Virus record (IMG/VR): IMGVR_UViG_3300023105_001451
Location: 32,001-96,000 of that record
DNA length: 64,000 nt
Origin: a virus
Taxonomy: Duplodnaviria > Caudoviricetes
Reading direction: 5' to 3' (one strand)
A model generated the notes under the pieces. That model ran no database searches. It worked only from the letters and a program-made list of their open reading frames with translations, and was not told the DNA's origin. How positions within the stretch are numbered: the stretch's first letter is position 1; every line of letters starts with the position of its first letter. Of the stretch, positions 21,089-30,946 are shown one piece after another. The position numbers were made by a program, and so were the translations under genes.

Positions 21089-22485
21089 AATGGTACGACA
21101 GCGAGGATACACGACTAGGAAAGTTCCAGCGTGATTTAGAATCTAAGTCATCGTGTACTTTCTGTGTGCTTCCTTGGATACATCTTGCTACTCGTCCTAA
21201 CGGAGATATGCGACTTTGTTGTACTGCTAATGCCAGTGGTGCGGGCGAGGATCACGAAGTAGGACTTGTTAAAGCAGAGGACGGAAAGCCCGCTAATTTC
21301 GCACGTACAACGCCCTTAGAAGCGTTTAACAGCGACTATATGAAAAGTGTACGCACAACTATGCTTAATGGTGAAATACCTGCTAGTTGTAAAGGATGCT
21401 TTGAAGAAGAAGCACAAGGCATTGTTAGCAAACGCATCTGGGAAACTGCTACATGGATGAACGATGAAGGCGTTGACGTAGAAGAACTTATTGCTCAGAC
21501 TCAAGAAGACGGAACCGTTCCAGAGCAACTACAATACTTAGACTTGCGACTAGGACACACTTGTAATATCAAGTGCGTAATGTGCAGCCCGCATGACAGT
21601 TCAAAGTGGGTAGCAGACTGGCAAAAACTTATTCCTGTGTTACAAGACGAAGATGTAAAACGTCAGATGCGCTGGGACAAAAAAGAGTTCAACAACAAAT
21701 GGTATGAAAAAGGCAAGTTCTGGGATGAGCTGTATGCACAAGTTCCAAACCTAAAGCAAGTTTACTTTGCTGGCGGTGAGCCGCTTATGATTGCAGAACA
21801 TAAAAAGTTTTTGGAAGAAATTGTACGTCAAGGATACGAGCAAAACATATTGCTACGTTACAATTCAAACGGTATACTTGTAGACGAAGAACTAATCAAA
21901 CTGTGGAGCAAGTTTAAGAAAGTCAAGTTTGCTATTTCAATTGACAGTTACAACGAACGTGATGAATACATACGCTTCCCTACAAAGTTTGCAGATGTAG
22001 AACGCACACTAAGATTACTAGACGACACGCCTGACAACATACACATAAGCATTGCAACAGCAGTACAAGTGTTCAATATAAAAACTATACCAGAGTTTGT
22101 CAAGTGGAAAGTCAACAGCAAATTTAAAAAAGTAAACATAGGACTAATTGACGGCAACGTAATGGGAGGTGGATTAGTAAATGCACACCTTGTACATATA
22201 CCTACATTCTTAAACATTACCATGTTGCCTGAGGAAGATAAACTAGAAGTGCATCATAGATTTGCAAAACTAAAACAATGGCTGTGGGAAAACTACACAC
22301 AGGATGATGACTTTTGGCTACATAATCCCAAAGGATGGAGACAGTGGGAAGGTATGTTAAAGTATATGGATAGTCGTGACAGTTCACACTTGCTGCCGGG
22401 CTTTAAAGAATATGTAAACAAACTGGATGCAATTAGAGGATTGTGTGCAGCAAAAACTTTTCCAGAGTTAGCACACCTGCTATGA
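21085..22485 (+). CDS. Radical SAM protein with N-terminal Twitch/SPASM cluster
   Basis: CNIKCVMC, AGGEP; FCVLPW..LCC..SCKGC. Confidence 0.9.
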   Translation: MKWYDSEDTRLGKFQRDLESKSSCTFCVLPWIHLATRPNGDMRLCCTANASGAGEDHEVGLVKAEDGKPANFARTTPLEAFNSDYMKSVRTTMLNGEIPASCKGCFEEEAQGIVSKRIWETATWMNDEGVDVEELIAQTQEDGTVPEQLQYLDLRLGHTCNIKCVMCSPHDSSKWVADWQKLIPVLQDEDVKRQMRWDKKEFNNKWYEKGKFWDELYAQVPNLKQVYFAGGEPLMIAEHKKFLEEIVRQGYEQNILLRYNSNGILVDEELIKLWSKFKKVKFAISIDSYNERDEYIRFPTKFADVERTLRLLDDTPDNIHISIATAVQVFNIKTIPEFVKWKVNSKFKKVNIGLIDGNVMGGGLVNAHLVHIPTFLNITMLPEEDKLEVHHRFAKLKQWLWENYTQDDDFWLHNPKGWRQWEGMLKYMDSRDSSHLLPGFKEYVNKLDAIRGLCAAKTFPELAHLL

Positions 22486-23396
22486 AACTAACACGGATAA
22501 TAAACACAAGAAGTTACGATGAGCTAGAAATTACATTCTGGCCCACAGACATTTGTAACTTTAATTGTCCCTATTGCTTTCCAGGCAGCACAGATGGCAA
22601 ATATCGTTATAGTGATGTAGACGTTGCTCTTGACAAGTTTGAAAAGTTATTTGCACAATACAACAAAGCAAAATATCATTTGACTATTGCCGGAGGTGGA
22701 GAGCCAACGCTGTGGCCCAAACTAGAATATTTTTGCGAGCGTGTAAAGCAACTAGCAAATGTACGAATAAGTCTAGTAAGCAACGGCAGCAGAACACTAC
22801 GTTGGTGGAAAGACAATGCAAAGTTTATTGACGAAGCAGTACTCAGTTGTCATGTGCATGATGTAGACATTTCACACTTTGTAGAAGTTGCAGACACACT
22901 ATATGAAAGCGGCACAGAAGTTCTAGGTATGATGCTTATGGATGCACAAGAATGGAACCGTTGTGTAGACTATGTTAACATAATGCTAAACAGCAGATTG
23001 CCTTGGAACGTACAAGCAAAGGAAGTTGTAAGCAGCCCTGGTAGAGATGTTAACAGTTATACACAAGAACAGTTAGCCTATCTAAAAGATCCTATCAAAC
23101 GCTTTACACTGAGCAAAGACATATCAGAATATAGACACGTAGAAAGTTTAGGCTTTTACGGAGACAAGCAATTTCCTGCAACAGCAAATACACATATAAT
23201 GAACAAGCAAAACTACTTCAAAGGCTGGAAGTGCAATATGCCACTAGAACGTATTGCTATAGATGCTGGACTAAATGTTAGTGGAAGTTGCGGAGTAAAG
23301 TTTGATAAACTAGAACCTGTTGTTTGCCCTAAAGATTGTTGCGACTGTCAACCTGACACACACATTACAAAATCAATGCCAACTAGCAATATCTAA
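22482..23396 (+). CDS. Radical SAM protein with C-terminal Cys cluster
   Basis: CNFNCPYC, GGGEP; WKC..GSC..CPKDCCDCQPD; ATGA-coupled start at 22482. Confidence 0.9.
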   Translation: MKLTRIINTRSYDELEITFWPTDICNFNCPYCFPGSTDGKYRYSDVDVALDKFEKLFAQYNKAKYHLTIAGGGEPTLWPKLEYFCERVKQLANVRISLVSNGSRTLRWWKDNAKFIDEAVLSCHVHDVDISHFVEVADTLYESGTEVLGMMLMDAQEWNRCVDYVNIMLNSRLPWNVQAKEVVSSPGRDVNSYTQEQLAYLKDPIKRFTLSKDISEYRHVESLGFYGDKQFPATANTHIMNKQNYFKGWKCNMPLERIAIDAGLNVSGSCGVKFDKLEPVVCPKDCCDCQPDTHITKSMPTSNI

Positions 23397-24473
23397 GATT
23401 TTTGCATCAGCTTTTTGTGTAAAGTTTATGTATAAATTCTTAACTTTTAAATTTAATCTAGCAACTAAATTTTCTTGCGCAAGTAGTCTGTGTTTTAAAG
23501 AATTTTGTGCAACAGTGCCTTCGTAAGAAAATATATTTGATAAATTTACTAATGTTTTTAAATTGGGATCTAAGTAATTTACAATAGATAATTCATTGAG
23601 TAAATCTGTATGAACAAAAACATATTCTATACCTTCCTTTCGCGGACAATTTTCTTGCCAATATTTTAATGCTTTTTCGTTATAATCGTAAAATATTACT
23701 TTGCCTTTGTCAACTAAGTCTAAATATAATGTACCACTAGCAGGTAAAACTAACTGTTCGTACTTGTCTGTGATTCCTGTTGTCCATTCAGTATTTTCTG
23801 TATGTACGTGTTCGTATTTACAGTAATAGCTTTTGTATTCGATTGCTTCCTTTTTCCAATAATAATCTTTTTCGCTTTCTGGATAGTAATGCTTCTTGTT
23901 ATTTCTAATACTATCATCAAACACTATTACAGGCAAGTTATTTTCAAATGCTAGTCTTAACAAGTTCCATCCATGGCAACGATTTGCATATCGTACCTTG
24001 CGAGTGCCTGGCATTACAAATGTAGGTGTATAGTTGTCGTGTATGTTGTCTAAGCTACGTGCAGGTTCTGTCTGGGTGTGTGATGCGTGTAATTCCTTAA
24101 ACCCCACTGTAGGGCTTTGTAAACGCTTAAAATGTGCCATATTAAGTACATAACACTGATGATGTACTTCATAATACGCATCATACATAGTCCTATCTAG
24201 TATGTGTCCTGCTATAAAAAAATCTTTTTTTACAAGTTCTTCTAATGCTTCAAAAAATGCAAATCCATTAATGTATTCAGTACCAGGGCTCATTACAACA
24301 GCATAATCAGTGGTTACACTTCTTAATAGCTCATCTTCGTCTTTACCTGTAATAACTTTATAACCTTTTACTAAAAGATTGCTTACTGTAAAGTCAGCAA
24401 TATTTTTAATAGTTGTTTTTATATACTCGTTTGCATAGTTATCTATATCATCTACAATACAAAATGTAATCAT
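23373..24473 (-). CDS. Hypothetical protein, possibly transferase-like
   Basis: 366 aa ORF coupled to the radical SAM gene 24470; no diagnostic motif recognised. Confidence 0.55.
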   Translation of the reverse strand: MITFCIVDDIDNYANEYIKTTIKNIADFTVSNLLVKGYKVITGKDEDELLRSVTTDYAVVMSPGTEYINGFAFFEALEELVKKDFFIAGHILDRTMYDAYYEVHHQCYVLNMAHFKRLQSPTVGFKELHASHTQTEPARSLDNIHDNYTPTFVMPGTRKVRYANRCHGWNLLRLAFENNLPVIVFDDSIRNNKKHYYPESEKDYYWKKEAIEYKSYYCKYEHVHTENTEWTTGITDKYEQLVLPASGTLYLDLVDKGKVIFYDYNEKALKYWQENCPRKEGIEYVFVHTDLLNELSIVNYLDPNLKTLVNLSNIFSYEGTVAQNSLKHRLLAQENLVARLNLKVKNLYINFTQKADAKILDIASWH

Positions 24474-25369
24474 TCTATGTTTACCTTAGTTAACGGAATG
24501 TCGGCAGCACAAGTACACCATTTGCGTGTACAAGTTATCCACTCTTCCGGTTGTTTAAAACTGCCGTCATATATGTTACCTAAACTTCCTCCTACTCTAC
24601 AAGTAGCACGATGAACTTCACCGTCCCAATTAATCATTAAACTTTCAATACCGGCGGCACATTTCCAGCCTTCAAATCCATTTAAATTTTCTTTAATAAT
24701 ATCGTTAGCGTGTTTTAAATTATTTTCATCTATTACACAATTTGGAAGCGCAGTTGCGTTAGTATCTAAAATCCATTTTAAATCTTTTTCTTTGTAACGC
24801 ATATCGTCAAACCAATCATGCTTTTCAGTCCAGCGTATACGTCTTATGACATATGGCATGTTATGTCCGTGAAAACGTGCAACAGCCATTCTCACTTTAT
24901 CCATATGTTCATGGTGTGCCATTACATTTACTTGAAATGGGATTCGATCTAAGTTTTCATTATGCTGACCAAACAACATAATATTATCCATGGCTCGTTC
25001 CCAATGTTCGTTATCAAAATGTAAACTAAACACATAATGATCTACAGGTGCTTCAGCATACCACGTGTAAGGCCTCAATCCGTTAGTGGTTACATTTATC
25101 CAGTCTAATCTTTGTCTTGCATGTTTTACAAGTTCTTCAAAGTCAGGATGTATACATGGCTCGCCACCTGTAAAACTTACACGTATAGGCTTGTCTAATT
25201 CTGCTAATGCATCTACTGTGTCTAACAAAACTTTTATATTAGTATGCGGACTAAAGTTGTCGTGTATTTCCGCAGGGCAATATGCACAATCTAAGTTGCA
25301 ACGCTTGCCTAAGTTCCATTCAACCTTAATTGAATTTTGATGAGGCCATTTTGATGTTACTTTGTACAT
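24470..25369 (-). CDS. Radical SAM protein with C-terminal SPASM/Twitch domain
   Basis: CNLDCAYC, FTGGEP; WKCAAG..ATC..LGNI..TCTRKWCTCAAD. Confidence 0.9.
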   Translation of the reverse strand: MYKVTSKWPHQNSIKVEWNLGKRCNLDCAYCPAEIHDNFSPHTNIKVLLDTVDALAELDKPIRVSFTGGEPCIHPDFEELVKHARQRLDWINVTTNGLRPYTWYAEAPVDHYVFSLHFDNEHWERAMDNIMLFGQHNENLDRIPFQVNVMAHHEHMDKVRMAVARFHGHNMPYVIRRIRWTEKHDWFDDMRYKEKDLKWILDTNATALPNCVIDENNLKHANDIIKENLNGFEGWKCAAGIESLMINWDGEVHRATCRVGGSLGNIYDGSFKQPEEWITCTRKWCTCAADIPLTKVNIE

Positions 25370-26166
25370 GTTACACCTTTGACTTTATTAAACTTTTTTA
25401 AGTCATCTTTTTTAATTTTTTGAGATATATCTGCTACCGGTATCATGCCTAAATTTTTATTTTTAAAATTAAATGATTGTTTTTTAAGCCACAAGTTTAT
25501 ATACATTTTTCTTAGTAAGTATATTGGATAAAAAGTTGTTGGTCCAAACTTAACCATAAAATCTGCGCTATAAAATTGCTGAGGGCGTATTCCGTCTGCT
25601 ATAGTATCATTATCTTTAAATATGTCAAGAATTGTTTTTCCAACCTGACAATAATTAATATAAACAGTACCAGATGTCCATCTAAATGTAAAGTGCTTCA
25701 TGTCATCTTCTGTAAGATTAATTATAGGCCTATCTTTAAATGTAACAACTACAGTAGGATGATTTTTTGTTCTAGTTTCTGCTTCTAGTTTGTGTATTAG
25801 AACATTAAACTTTTCAATAGCTTCTTGTGCTTCTGTATGAGCATTATTAAAAAACTCAGTACCTTCAATAACTTCGCCACGTAAATCTTCAAAGAACTTG
25901 TGCAGGTAGTTTAAATCTCCTTGCATATCAGTACTAGCACTACTAATATATCGATCAATATAAACACCGTGCTGTTTTATTGTATTAATACATTTATTAA
26001 GCTCGGGTATAAGGTTTTGTGTACCCCAGTTAGTAAATCTATCTGTTTCGTATAATGGATAATTTTTACAAAGTTCCTCGTACCATTTTTTAGCAATGTT
26101 AGTGTCTCTGACTTTAAATGGTATACTAATATCTTCTTTGCCGTTTGTTAATATTAAATTAAACAT
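25357..26166 (-). CDS. Hypothetical protein in radical SAM operon
   Basis: 269 aa; LNYLHxxFE, NVLIHxLE and YxxVGK motifs; overlaps both neighbours. Confidence 0.6.
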   Translation of the reverse strand: MFNLILTNGKEDISIPFKVRDTNIAKKWYEELCKNYPLYETDRFTNWGTQNLIPELNKCINTIKQHGVYIDRYISSASTDMQGDLNYLHKFFEDLRGEVIEGTEFFNNAHTEAQEAIEKFNVLIHKLEAETRTKNHPTVVVTFKDRPIINLTEDDMKHFTFRWTSGTVYINYCQVGKTILDIFKDNDTIADGIRPQQFYSADFMVKFGPTTFYPIYLLRKMYINLWLKKQSFNFKNKNLGMIPVADISQKIKKDDLKKFNKVKGVTCTK

Positions 26167-27427
26167 AGAATTTAAACTCCGGATTCACACTAAAGAAGTC
26201 TTGCCCGCGAGTTTTATCTAATGCACGATTAAAGTTTATACAGTCTTGCCAATGTGTGTCGTACATACATTTTGCTTCTAAGAAATTAATATTATCTTGT
26301 ATTTGTTGTAATGTAACTGTTTTGAGCAACTCGTTTTCTTGTATAACAGCGTAATCAAGAATTTTAATTTGCATATCTTTTAAGTCACTAACAACCTTTT
26401 GTTTTAATTCTGGTGGTAGTGTTTGTGCAGACAGTGCCATAGGATAATTTACACGATGTGAATAAAATACAATGCCCATATCATTTAAGAAATAATCTAT
26501 AACATCACAGATTTGCATTATATTATTTGCTTGTACAGTAAACGCACCTACTACACGACTTACATTAGGAAATTCTTTAAACACCTTGATGTTCTCTTCT
26601 ATTTCTTCAAACTTGCCATTGCCTCTAATGTATTCATAGACATCGTGTATACCGTCTATGCTTACGTTTACAGCAATTGATTTAAACTTGGGCCAATAGT
26701 CATGTATAGTGCGTCCACCTTTTATGCCTAGTGTAGTACCGTTTGTAGCATACTTTATTTCTATATTTTCACCATATGGCGCAAGCATGTCTAGTATTTT
26801 ATAATGATAAGGATCCATTAATGGCTCGCCACCTGCAAACTCTACACGTCTAAAAAACGGTAGTAGTTTTTCAAAACTATTCCACCAGTTATCACTGTTG
26901 TCAAATGGACCTATATACTTGCCTGGTGTATCTGTAAGTTTGTCTATTATTGGAATAAGAATATTATCTTCTTTTTCGTAATATGGTTTTACTTCGTTCC
27001 AATCTTTCCAACTTGTGCTGTCTAAAGGATTACACATACGACATTTTAAATTACACAAGTTGTTAAGTTTAATTTCCATAGTAGGAATTTCAAATGGCAT
27101 TGCATAATCGTCGTCTAGTGCGTCTAGTGCGTTAGGATACAAGTTTATACGTGCTTCTGGTATAACTCCTGCTATATGACGTTGTCGTAAGCTCTGTACA
27201 CCCTGATCCTCTAAGTCAAAGCAAGGTTTGCATACTTCTGGACGCTCGTCATTTAATACTTGTCTGCGTACTTCACGCATGGTGTCGTTGTTCCATGCTT
27301 GTTCTAAAGTTTCGTCTTGTATGTAGCCAATAGGAGCACTGCGGCAGCAAACTTTAATTGCTCCGTCCTCTCGTGTAGCAAGTCCTGTAAAAGGATGCAT
27401 ACAGAATGTACAACTATTCGACTTCAC
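26159..27427 (-). CDS. Radical SAM protein with N-terminal Twitch/SPASM cluster
   Basis: CNLKCRMC, AGGEP; FCMHPF..VCC..VCKPC. Confidence 0.9.
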   Translation of the reverse strand: MKSNSCTFCMHPFTGLATREDGAIKVCCRSAPIGYIQDETLEQAWNNDTMREVRRQVLNDERPEVCKPCFDLEDQGVQSLRQRHIAGVIPEARINLYPNALDALDDDYAMPFEIPTMEIKLNNLCNLKCRMCNPLDSTSWKDWNEVKPYYEKEDNILIPIIDKLTDTPGKYIGPFDNSDNWWNSFEKLLPFFRRVEFAGGEPLMDPYHYKILDMLAPYGENIEIKYATNGTTLGIKGGRTIHDYWPKFKSIAVNVSIDGIHDVYEYIRGNGKFEEIEENIKVFKEFPNVSRVVGAFTVQANNIMQICDVIDYFLNDMGIVFYSHRVNYPMALSAQTLPPELKQKVVSDLKDMQIKILDYAVIQENELLKTVTLQQIQDNINFLEAKCMYDTHWQDCINFNRALDKTRGQDFFSVNPEFKFYV

Positions 27428-28088
27428 CTAACGCCCACTCCCGTTCTCTACACCAAAAGCATTCTCCGCATATTGGAACAGGGTTACCCGGTGTATATGT
27501 TTTATAATTCAAACCTTCAAACTCTCCTTCACAACTACGAGTAATGTCAAACAAATCTAGAATATCGTAATTATAGTATTGTTGTATAATCCAGTCTTTC
27601 TTAGTATACACGAAAGGATGCACAATGTCAACTCCCATATGTTTCATATGTAAAGGTAATACACCTTCATCTCGTTCGGGTAATCCGCCGGGTACGTCTT
27701 CTGGATTTTTAGTAACAGCAGCATACCATGCATCTAAGTTATAATTATGTATTACCCATTCGTTGTGAGCTCTAAGTATAATTCTATTGCCAGGTTTTAC
27801 TGCGCCGTATTCATCAGTAATAAAAGTTGTATTAGGTTCTTCCATTTCGGGCGGTATAAAGTTTTCTAAATGTTCTATACGATTAGGAAAATTATACTTA
27901 AACCATCTAACAACTTGCTGAGCAACATGACGCTGCCAAGGTCGTGTTTTCCACATTCGTATTTGTGTAGTAAAATAAATGTCTGCATTAGTTTCTTTTA
28001 ATATAAGATATGCTAGTAAAGCACTGTCTGCTCCGCCGCTTAAACTAATACCTATACGCTTCCACCCAGGATTCAAGAACAAGTTCAT
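27414..28088 (-). CDS. QueC-like PP-loop ATP pyrophosphatase
   Basis: SLSGGADS PP-loop; C-terminal TRSCE...CGECFWCRER Zn-site pattern as in QueC. Confidence 0.65.
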   Translation of the reverse strand: MNLFLNPGWKRIGISLSGGADSALLAYLILKETNADIYFTTQIRMWKTRPWQRHVAQQVVRWFKYNFPNRIEHLENFIPPEMEEPNTTFITDEYGAVKPGNRIILRAHNEWVIHNYNLDAWYAAVTKNPEDVPGGLPERDEGVLPLHMKHMGVDIVHPFVYTKKDWIIQQYYNYDILDLFDITRSCEGEFEGLNYKTYTPGNPVPICGECFWCREREWALGEVE

Positions 28089-28115
28089 GCTTATACTTAT
28101 TCGTTAAATATCTGT
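28089..28115. promoter_or_regulatory. 27-bp divergent promoter cassette, TAARTA-N5-ATG on both strands
   Basis: Minus TAAGTA 28094-28099 and plus TAAATA 28105-28110, each exactly 5 nt from an ATG. Confidence 0.65.
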
Positions 28116-28769
28116 ATGCTAGAGAGAACTGAATATACTGTAAAAGTTCCTAAAATTAACGAAGATTTTGAAAATTTTAAAACTACGTTAAATCAGCCAA
28201 CTGGAGATTTTTTCTACGATCCGTGGGAAATTAAACCAGAGTATAAAGGAACAGTTTGGGAAAAATTGCTTAAGAGCTTGCCTGAGCCTCACGGCGAAGC
28301 TCGTGTAATTGTAATGCAACCTGGTACTACTTATATGGCTCATGCTGATATTGATAATCGTTGGCATCTAAATTTACAAAGCGAACAGGCTTATCTAATT
28401 AATTTAGTTTCTCAAGATATGCATTTATTAGAAAAAGACGGATACTGGTATTATATGGATGCAGGAAATATACACACTGCGTCAAACTATGGTAGTATTC
28501 CTAGAATACAGTTAGTTGTAAGAGAACTATTAACAGCAACAGAAATAGAAGAACTTGCACAAGTTACAATTAAACCGGCAATGCCGCAATATGATTATAG
28601 ATATAAATTTGACAATATAATTAGCCCATGGCTTAATACTGCTAATAAAGATGGTGTTATAAAAGATTTTGAGGTTGACGGCGAAGTTGTTAAATTTAAA
28701 ATACCAATTACAGAATTAAGTTTAAAATTGCCAAAGGAGTTTCGCATTGAAGTGGAAACCATATCTTAA
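28116..28769 (+). CDS. 2OG-Fe(II)/aspartyl-asparaginyl beta-hydroxylase-like cupin with C-terminal extension
   Basis: AHADID...IHTASN...RIQLV facial triad pattern. Confidence 0.7.
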   Translation: MLERTEYTVKVPKINEDFENFKTTLNQPTGDFFYDPWEIKPEYKGTVWEKLLKSLPEPHGEARVIVMQPGTTYMAHADIDNRWHLNLQSEQAYLINLVSQDMHLLEKDGYWYYMDAGNIHTASNYGSIPRIQLVVRELLTATEIEELAQVTIKPAMPQYDYRYKFDNIISPWLNTANKDGVIKDFEVDGEVVKFKIPITELSLKLPKEFRIEVETIS

Positions 28770-29421
28770 ACTAAGCGAAGAAGGCAATCCGTGCATGGCT
28801 CAACAAACTTACGAGCCTTTAGTTAGTGAAGACGGAAAAACTTTCTGTAAAAATTATGCTTGGCCGAATGATTATCAATATATGGAAACAAAAGATCGTC
28901 CGTTATATACTGACGAAGTTGTTGAATGGTTTTGGTTTAATGAACTTACTTATTTAGAGGTCTTTAAAGATAAACCTTACGCACCTGAAGTTACTGATAT
29001 TGATTATGTTAACAGAAAAATATATCTTAAATGGAATGAGGCAAGTTGTAATCAAATAATTTATAGTGGGCTGCCTTGGCCGCAAAATGTTTGGCGTCAA
29101 CAAATTAAAGATATTATGCTTGACATTTACAATGAGGGCGTATATAAATTAACAATGTATCCTCACTGTCATTATATAAGCAGTGAAGGAAACATGCGAG
29201 CAATTGACTGGTACGGATGTGTACCTGTTGAAGAGCCTTACATCGAAGAAAAATATATGCAAGGCATAATTCATGAAACTGCTCAATTTCGTTTAGAAGA
29301 AACAGGTGCAGCGGTAGACAATGTTTTAAATTTAGAGACTATGTTTAAGAGAAGTTTAGGCACTCATGTAAAATGGGGAGACCAAGATATGAGCTACATA
29401 TACAAGGAAATTTTTAAATGA
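28747..29421 (+). CDS. Kinase-fold-like protein with non-canonical catalytic loop (paralog of 35458)
   Basis: FNELTYL helix, APEV, IYNEGVYKLTMYP..MRAIDWY spacing. Confidence 0.4.
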   Translation: MKWKPYLKLSEEGNPCMAQQTYEPLVSEDGKTFCKNYAWPNDYQYMETKDRPLYTDEVVEWFWFNELTYLEVFKDKPYAPEVTDIDYVNRKIYLKWNEASCNQIIYSGLPWPQNVWRQQIKDIMLDIYNEGVYKLTMYPHCHYISSEGNMRAIDWYGCVPVEEPYIEEKYMQGIIHETAQFRLEETGAAVDNVLNLETMFKRSLGTHVKWGDQDMSYIYKEIFK

Positions 29422-30275
29422 ATATTGTAGTGTTTGGACATAGTATTGGATTAGACGACGGAGTTCAAGAAGATCATTGGACTCGTTATTTAGAAAAAAG
29501 ACTTAGTACAAATGTAGTTAATAAATGTGTAGCACAATGTAGCGAAGAACGCATTTTGTTTAATTTGAAAAAAACAAAAAATATTGATTTGGCAATAATT
29601 ATTCATACTCCTCCTTGGGCAATATTTGTTCCAACATGGGACAGAGACATACAAAACGTAGACAAGGATAGTTTTAATAGTAAAGTTGATATTTTAAAAT
29701 TTTTAGATAGTGCAGGAATTACAGGTACTGAAGAAATAGATGAAGCTGTTGATTGGTATTCCGTAGTATCTAACGGAATGATACAAGAATTGTTTAAACG
29801 CTATGGTATTGAATTTGAAGAGATGACTCCTGGTATACAAGAGTTTTTAGATAATGGAAATACTACAATTATTAAACAAGAATTTTTAGAACTAGTTGAA
29901 AAGAGTAAAGGAGATGTAGAATACTATAATAGTTTATTTGATGCATTAACTTTATTTAGAAAACATTTATATCATCCGGATTTGGCAATGAATAGATATT
30001 ACGGAGCTCTAATACAAATTGATCAATATATAACAGCAATGAATATACCGTGTATTCATTTGCTAGATAATCCTGCTTGGTATCCTAAATGGTTTAAATT
30101 TACATCAGGTATTGTTGATACAGAATTACAAAAAACAAAACGAGAAACAGGACCTTATTATGTTGGGTATAATAAATCCTGTAATGCATTAAACAAGGAA
30201 GGTAACGAACTAATATATAATAAAATAGTTGAATTGGCTGCGGGGGCAGGATTCGAACCTGCATTCACGAGTTAA
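29418..30275 (+). CDS. SGNH/GDSL-like protein
   Basis: N-terminal VVFGHS block I; C-terminal LNKEGNELIY. The 3' end overlaps the tRNA-like element in antisense. Confidence 0.45.
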   Translation: MNIVVFGHSIGLDDGVQEDHWTRYLEKRLSTNVVNKCVAQCSEERILFNLKKTKNIDLAIIIHTPPWAIFVPTWDRDIQNVDKDSFNSKVDILKFLDSAGITGTEEIDEAVDWYSVVSNGMIQELFKRYGIEFEEMTPGIQEFLDNGNTTIIKQEFLELVEKSKGDVEYYNSLFDALTLFRKHLYHPDLAMNRYYGALIQIDQYITAMNIPCIHLLDNPAWYPKWFKFTSGIVDTELQKTKRETGPYYVGYNKSCNALNKEGNELIYNKIVELAAGAGFEPAFTS

Positions 30276-30311
30276 CCGCCCGCTGCTTTACCAACTGTTA
30301 GCTACCCCGAC
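30235..30311 (-). tRNA. Atypical tRNA-Asn(GTT) with encoded CCA
   Basis: Cloverleaf: D arm GCT/AGC, anticodon arm GCGGG-CGGTTAA-CTCGT, T arm GCAGG-TTCGAAT-CCTGC, G73-CCA. G at position 33 and two mismatches at the top of the acceptor stem. Confidence 0.7.
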
Positions 30312-30349
30312 TTCCGGAATGGGTCATAAGACTCCGTAGACCGGCATAT

Positions 30350-30357
30350 TATTTATA
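30350..30357 (-). promoter_or_regulatory. T4-like late promoter TATAAATA upstream of the tRNA-like gene
   Basis: Exact TATAAATA on the minus strand about 38 nt upstream of the tRNA 5' end. Confidence 0.6.
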
Positions 30358-30370
30358 GAAGGAAAATGAA

Positions 30371-30946
30371 TTGGCAACGTATTTAGGAACAACAGACGGC
30401 ATCATTGACTGGGATCCTATTGTAGAGATTTGTAAGGATTGTACAACAGGAGACTACAATTCAGTTAAATCAGTTGTTGAACGATCTGAAGGCAATTGGC
30501 GTGATAATCCAGAGCTACTAGGAAGGTACCATGAGATTATTAATACCTGGGATGATGCTGGATATAACTTAGAAGAAATTGAATGGTGGGACTATTATCC
30601 CGGTGAACATTTTGATATAGAAATACAAAACAAATTTGCAAAAATAGTAAATGCAGAACCGTTAAGAGTTTTTGTAAGTGATGTACGTCCTGGAACAAAC
30701 GTACCATATCATTGGGACGTTGAAGACAATGAAGAAGAATGGTTAGCACAAGGAGAACTAAAACGCTGGGTTTGCTTTATGGATAAGCCTCGCTGGGGTA
30801 GTGTGTTAATATTAGAAGACAAAGCATTTCATAATGTGCCACAAGGTGAAATATGGGAATGGGATAATTACAGAAGTTATCACGCAGGAACAAGTTGCGG
30901 TATACATCATCAATATTTGTTTCATTTTTTAGGGAGACCCAAATAA
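30371..30946 (+). CDS. 2OG-Fe(II) oxygenase-like cupin
   Basis: PYHWDVED...YHAG; TTG start after an AAGGA RBS. Confidence 0.7.
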   Translation: MATYLGTTDGIIDWDPIVEICKDCTTGDYNSVKSVVERSEGNWRDNPELLGRYHEIINTWDDAGYNLEEIEWWDYYPGEHFDIEIQNKFAKIVNAEPLRVFVSDVRPGTNVPYHWDVEDNEEEWLAQGELKRWVCFMDKPRWGSVLILEDKAFHNVPQGEIWEWDNYRSYHAGTSCGIHHQYLFHFLGRPK

